Of a DNA stretch of 64,000 nucleotides, positions 59,868-64,000 are shown in pieces (position 1 is the stretch's first letter; the number at the start of each line of letters is the position of its first letter). The stretch is from a virus. Under the pieces are notes generated by a model. The model was given only the letters and a program-made list of their open reading frames with translations, was not told the DNA's origin and did no database searches. The translations under genes and the position numbers were made by a program. Location: positions 1 through 64,000 of the IMG/VR virus record IMGVR_UViG_3300023242_000004; one strand, given 5' to 3'.

Positions 59868-61442
59868 TTAAAATATTTCTAATACATCAGTCTCAACTAA
59901 ATCTTTAGCTAACACATATCCTCTATTTTTTGTGAATATTTGGTGTTCTGGTGTGCAAATAATATGTTTACCAGTTTCCTCATCAGTTATCTTTAAAACA
60001 TCAGCTGACTCATTCATTAAGGCAGCATTTGTTATCTTTTTATATTCTGGTTTATTTGTTTCAATATTATAACTTAATACTTCTATACCGTGTTCTACAT
60101 TAAAATCGTTAACAACATCGGAAATATTAAAATCAACTTCCTTACCATGATATTTTGTTTTAATAATTGTTTTACCATCAACACACAAATTACTAGAGTG
60201 AATCATACCAATATTTTTTTGGTTGGATTTCTCATTAACGTGGTCTTTAAAGCACATATATGGCATACCAGTTTCAATTTGTGATTCCAAAATTTTAAGC
60301 CATAAATCATGTGCTTTAATTTTAGTACCAATACCCATCTCTACGGCCTTATTATATTCTTCCTCATACTCTTTACCATAAATCTCATAAAATGGCTTTA
60401 AACCAGCTTCTTTTATGTCGTTTGGGCAGAATAAATACCAAGCATCATTTGTTTCAACAGCTCTCATAAAATTATTTGGAATCCATAGTGCTGAAAATAA
60501 GTCACGAGCCCTTAAAGTATCATCACCTGTCTTTTTTCTTATATCTAAAACGTCGAAAACATCTTTATGCCATGGTTCAATATAAACAGCACAAGAGCCA
60601 GGTCTTTTACCTCTTTGGTTCCAGAATCTAAGTGTTTCATTAACAACTTTAAGGTATTTTAAAATACCACCAGCTTTTCCGTTTGAATTACCCACATTAC
60701 TTTCTTTTGAACGAATATTTGAAATAGCTAAACCTATACCTTCTGCTTTTGATGATGATATAGCAATTCTACCTAGGATATCTAATAACCCTTCTGTTGA
60801 ATCATCTGGAACAATCGATAAATTACATGAGGCAATTTGACCAATTGTTGTTCCTATGTTCATTTTTATAGGCGTTGCTGGGCTTTCTTTTTGATTACTT
60901 ATGTAATTGTATTTTTCAATAAAATCTTCAGCGTTTTCTGTCACCATAAGAGCGACCCTAACATACATTTGTTGTGGTCTTTCTACTATCACGCCATCTT
61001 TTGTTTTTAAAAGATATATGTCTTTAAGAGAACACCAACCAAAATAATCAAAATTAAAATCTCTAGAATAATCGATTGTTGATTCGATTAACTCTATATT
61101 TTCTTTAACTTTATTAAAATACACATCATTCAATAAACCTAAATTATACATTTTTTTTATTGCCTTCATGAACGAGTCATCGGTTTCTTTATGTAATTTA
61201 GTTATGGATATATTTGCAGCCAATTTTGAATAGTCTGGATGATTCATAGCTAATGATTCAGATACGACTGAAATCAAATCATCTAACTCATTTGTTGTCA
61301 TATCATCAGCAATACCTTGCGTAACCTTTATAAACACCTCGTCAGCGTTAACTTTTAACCCTTCGGATTGTTTTTTTATTCTGGTAAGAATTTTATTTGG
61401 GTTAAAATCTATTTTATTACCGTTTCTTTTTATTACTTGCAT
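59868..61442 (-). CDS. nrdA: NrdA part 1: ATP-cone plus N-terminal extein (419 aa) plus IntN1 (105 aa)
   Basis: VIKRNG ATP-cone, ERPQ, SPATP, ASC, QRGKRPG, ETGMPY, SSNL|CVDGKT...CTPEHQIFT. Confidence 0.95.
   Translation of the reverse strand: MQVIKRNGNKIDFNPNKILTRIKKQSEGLKVNADEVFIKVTQGIADDMTTNELDDLISVVSESLAMNHPDYSKLAANISITKLHKETDDSFMKAIKKMYNLGLLNDVYFNKVKENIELIESTIDYSRDFNFDYFGWCSLKDIYLLKTKDGVIVERPQQMYVRVALMVTENAEDFIEKYNYISNQKESPATPIKMNIGTTIGQIASCNLSIVPDDSTEGLLDILGRIAISSSKAEGIGLAISNIRSKESNVGNSNGKAGGILKYLKVVNETLRFWNQRGKRPGSCAVYIEPWHKDVFDVLDIRKKTGDDTLRARDLFSALWIPNNFMRAVETNDAWYLFCPNDIKEAGLKPFYEIYGKEYEEEYNKAVEMGIGTKIKAHDLWLKILESQIETGMPYMCFKDHVNEKSNQKNIGMIHSSNLCVDGKTIIKTKYHGKEVDFNISDVVNDFNVEHGIEVLSYNIETNKPEYKKITNAALMNESADVLKITDEETGKHIICTPEHQIFTKNRGYVLAKDLVETDVLEIF
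59871..60185 (-). mobile_element. split intein 1, N-fragment
   Basis: Block A CVDGKT, block B CTPEH, ends RGYVLAKDLVETDVL. Confidence 0.9.
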
Positions 61443-61459
61443 ACTTTTATTTATTAATG

Positions 61460-62413
61460 TTAAATTTCTTCATCAAATGAGATTGGCCCACTTAAATCAG
61501 CTGATTTATATTCCGTTGAACGACCCTCGAAAAAATTTGCCTTTGTTTTTAAAGCAATTTGATTCATAAACTCAAAAGGGTTTTTACTATTAAATTCTTT
61601 ATCGCACTCTAATTGTTGTAATAAACCATCAACAACAAACTCTAAATATTGTTTCATAACATTAGAGTTCATACCAATAAGCGAAACTGGTAATGATTCA
61701 GTAATAAATTCTTTCTCAATCTCTAAAGCAGATAAGAAAATTTCTTTGATTCTTTCTTTAGATGGTTTATCAACTATATGATTATTTAATAAATGAATAG
61801 CAAAATCAGCATGCATAGCTTCATCTCTAGAAATGAACGTATTTGAATCACATAAACCTGGCATTAAACCTCTAGATTTTAAATAAAAAATACTACAGAA
61901 AGAACCAGAAAAGAAAATACCCTCCACAGCAACAAACGCTATTAATCTCTCAACAAAAGATTCAGATTCAATCCATTTTAACGCCCATTCAGCTTTTTTC
62001 TTAACTGGTGGCATGTATTCAATAGCGTTAAAACATTCTTGTCTTTCTTTAGTATCTTTAATGTATGTATCGATAAGTAAAGAATACATTTGACTATGGA
62101 TATTTTCCATCATAATTTGAAAACCGTAAAAAAACTTTGCTTCGGTGTATTGAACCTCATTTAAGAAATTTATAGCTAGATTTTCGTTCACTATACCGTC
62201 ACTGGCAGCAAAGAAGGCTAACACGTTTTTAACGAAAAATCTTTCTTTTTCAGTTAGTTTATTGTTCCAGTGGTCAATGTCTTTAGATAAATCAACTTCT
62301 TGAGTTGTCCACATAGCACTTAATTGTGTTTCATACAAATCCCAAATATCTTGGTGTTCAATAGGAAAAAGCACAAATCTGTTTGGGTTGTTAATTAATA
62401 TTGGTTCGTTCAT
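61460..62413 (-). CDS. nrdB: ribonucleotide reductase class Ia beta subunit
   Basis: [42 protein letters not shown]. Confidence 0.96.
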   Translation of the reverse strand: MNEPILINNPNRFVLFPIEHQDIWDLYETQLSAMWTTQEVDLSKDIDHWNNKLTEKERFFVKNVLAFFAASDGIVNENLAINFLNEVQYTEAKFFYGFQIMMENIHSQMYSLLIDTYIKDTKERQECFNAIEYMPPVKKKAEWALKWIESESFVERLIAFVAVEGIFFSGSFCSIFYLKSRGLMPGLCDSNTFISRDEAMHADFAIHLLNNHIVDKPSKERIKEIFLSALEIEKEFITESLPVSLIGMNSNVMKQYLEFVVDGLLQQLECDKEFNSKNPFEFMNQIALKTKANFFEGRSTEYKSADLSGPISFDEEI

Positions 62414-62448
62414 TTTTTTATTAAATTATTATTTTATTTTATTTTGTA

Positions 62449-62937
62449 TTATTGTTGAGTTGGGCTATTTAATATAGTGTTTCTGTTTTGAGCGGCCGCT
62501 AATACTGTATTAACTCTGTTTTGGTTTACTTCGTCTTTATCCATCTTATGTTCCGTTTGACTTCTAGCGCCTTTACTTTTACCCATATCTATTTGAATTT
62601 TTGCGTTATCAAATCTTATATCTTGAAAGATAATACCATCTTTACCAAATCTAGATTTAAGTATCGCCATTGTCGCAGTACCAGCTTCTTTTTGGTCTAA
62701 GTTTTTCGCTATAGACACAATAAAGTGACCAATTTGACCTTTTTTAATTGAACCACCTATTTGGTTAGCTTCAACCACATCAGCCGAAATAGAGCTGTTG
62801 TGTGTGTAAATATCGTTACCATAAAACATATGTGTGTCTTCTACGGTGATATCAATAGTGTCTTCCTCACCAATTAACTCAATTGATTCGATTTCATCCA
62901 AATCAAAATTACTTAAATCTAAATTGTGTTTTACCAT
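62449..62937 (-). CDS. replicative helicase (gp41/DnaB-like) C-terminal part with split-intein C-fragment
   Basis: TIDITVEDTHMFYGNDIYTHN|SS...GSIKK.QI..F.VSI...ILKSRFG. Confidence 0.85.
   Translation of the reverse strand: MVKHNLDLSNFDLDEIESIELIGEEDTIDITVEDTHMFYGNDIYTHNSSISADVVEANQIGGSIKKGQIGHFIVSIAKNLDQKEAGTATMAILKSRFGKDGIIFQDIRFDNAKIQIDMGKSKGARSQTEHKMDKDEVNQNRVNTVLAAAQNRNTILNSPTQQ
62797..62937 (-). mobile_element. split intein 3, C-fragment (47 aa)
   Basis: Blocks F and G resembling gp41-1 IntC; HN|S. Confidence 0.85.
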
Positions 62938-62942
62938 TTTTT

Positions 62943-63998
62943 TTATTTTAAAAAGTTTAAACATTTCTCTAATGTTTTTTCTTTATTTATTTTGTATTCA
63001 CTTTCTTTAATCCTTAATATTTTATAACCCTTACCAATTAAAAACTCATCTCTTACCATATCTTTAGATTTTTGTTCTGGTTTAGAATGCCAATAATCAC
63101 CATCAAACTCAATTATTTTATCACCACATTTGAAATCGACAAGTATAGTAAAAATATTTTTTATGTTAACGTAGAAATACTCTTCACCATTTAATTCCGC
63201 AAATTTAACATTAATTTTATCAATATCTGTTAATTTATTAAATAATAACCAAAATAATTCCTGTGATATCTTACTATAATAGACACCACTTCTAAATTGT
63301 TTATCTAAAAACTCAATAAATTTTATTTTACCAACTTTACAACCATATCTATCGATAAATGATTGTAATGACGTTTTTGACATAGTGGTACAATATTCTA
63401 ACCATTTAACTTTACCATGTTTATCACCATATAAATCAATAAAATATTTTTCACTAAATCGATATTTTTGTTGGTTGTTACGTTTTATCCATTTTTGATA
63501 ACCAACTTTAACCCCATCTCTATCTTGATATTCAACTAAAGTTCTACCATTTCTATATGGTTTAATTTTCCTACGTTCTTTTTGGGTCTCAATTTTCTTA
63601 GTTAAACGTTCTTGCCATTTTTTAGTACCTTCAGTCTCACCATATCTTTCAATGCAAGCTTCAAATCCCCAAGGTGTTTTTGAATTAACTAAATATTCAG
63701 TATATTTATTAACCCCATCTTCTTTACCATATTTTTTAATATAACCATCTAACGTATGTGCAAATTTAACATATAATTCTGATTTAACCAATTCAACATT
63801 TTCTTTACCATACCTAATTTCTAAAGCATATTCAGAAGCGATATCATTTTTTAAAACGTTGATGATGATATTAAGTCTTTCTAACCAATCACCATCAACA
63901 TTAAATTTAATAAAATCATGTATATTTTTCATTCTATTCTTAATTCTTACATTATCGTAAACTTCTAATATTTTACTTATTTCAGTCTTTTGACATTC
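62943..63998 (-). CDS. putative homing endonuclease, Vsr/DUF559-like with KYG repeats (frame open to window edge)
   Basis: YSKISQELF, VDF...KIIEFDGDYWH, RDEFL..KGYKILRIKE; no stop upstream of 63932 within the window. Confidence 0.82.
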   Translation of the reverse strand, partial: ECQKTEISKILEVYDNVRIKNRMKNIHDFIKFNVDGDWLERLNIIINVLKNDIASEYALEIRYGKENVELVKSELYVKFAHTLDGYIKKYGKEDGVNKYTEYLVNSKTPWGFEACIERYGETEGTKKWQERLTKKIETQKERRKIKPYRNGRTLVEYQDRDGVKVGYQKWIKRNNQQKYRFSEKYFIDLYGDKHGKVKWLEYCTTMSKTSLQSFIDRYGCKVGKIKFIEFLDKQFRSGVYYSKISQELFWLLFNKLTDIDKINVKFAELNGEEYFYVNIKNIFTILVDFKCGDKIIEFDGDYWHSKPEQKSKDMVRDEFLIGKGYKILRIKESEYKINKEKTLEKCLNFLK

Positions 63999-64000
63999 TG

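Noticed and set aside
728-60284. Numerous short ORFs antisense to or nested in long genes (e.g. 6332, 13077, 14564, 23528, 53056)
   Set aside because: Shadow frames of real genes with no motifs or expression signals
1-64000. Stop-codon reassignment (TAG or TGA recoding)
   Set aside because: Conserved genes are full length in the standard code and TAG/TGA serve as real stops; only one isolated in-frame TGA was noticed (4649)

Overview
AT-rich (~30% GC by eye) segment of a large T4-like myovirus, probably a jumbo phage. A Bacteroidota host is likely, because TAnnTTTG -7 promoter boxes recur and ATGs have A-rich, Shine-Dalgarno-poor leaders. Nearly all genes are on the minus strand and read in the standard genetic code. 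In window order: tmRNA, ClpP, DnaJ, a DUF2828/vWA protein, small accessory genes, lysis-type enzymes, large acidic probable head proteins, a sigma-70 factor, SbcC/SbcD, a Dda-like helicase, a PD-(D/E)XK nuclease, primase, a RuvC-like resolvase, a ~24 kb tail/baseplate block, NrdA/NrdB and the 3' part of a gp41/DnaB helicase. The most striking feature is how genes tolerate homing-endonuclease (HEN) insertion. (1) nrdA is broken into three ORFs joined by two different split inteins, and the middle chain has an IntC-extein-IntN layout. (2) The helicase carries a third split intein. (3) sbcD is split around an endonuclease with no intein or visible intron. (4) Two genes, and possibly the tmRNA, show an orphaned 5' end upstream of a diverged replacement 5' end, with a HEN or HEN remnant between them in the two genes. 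Two cis-inteins are also present, one of them a Gly-start class 3 intein. All family assignments come from motif recognition only; no database searches were run.
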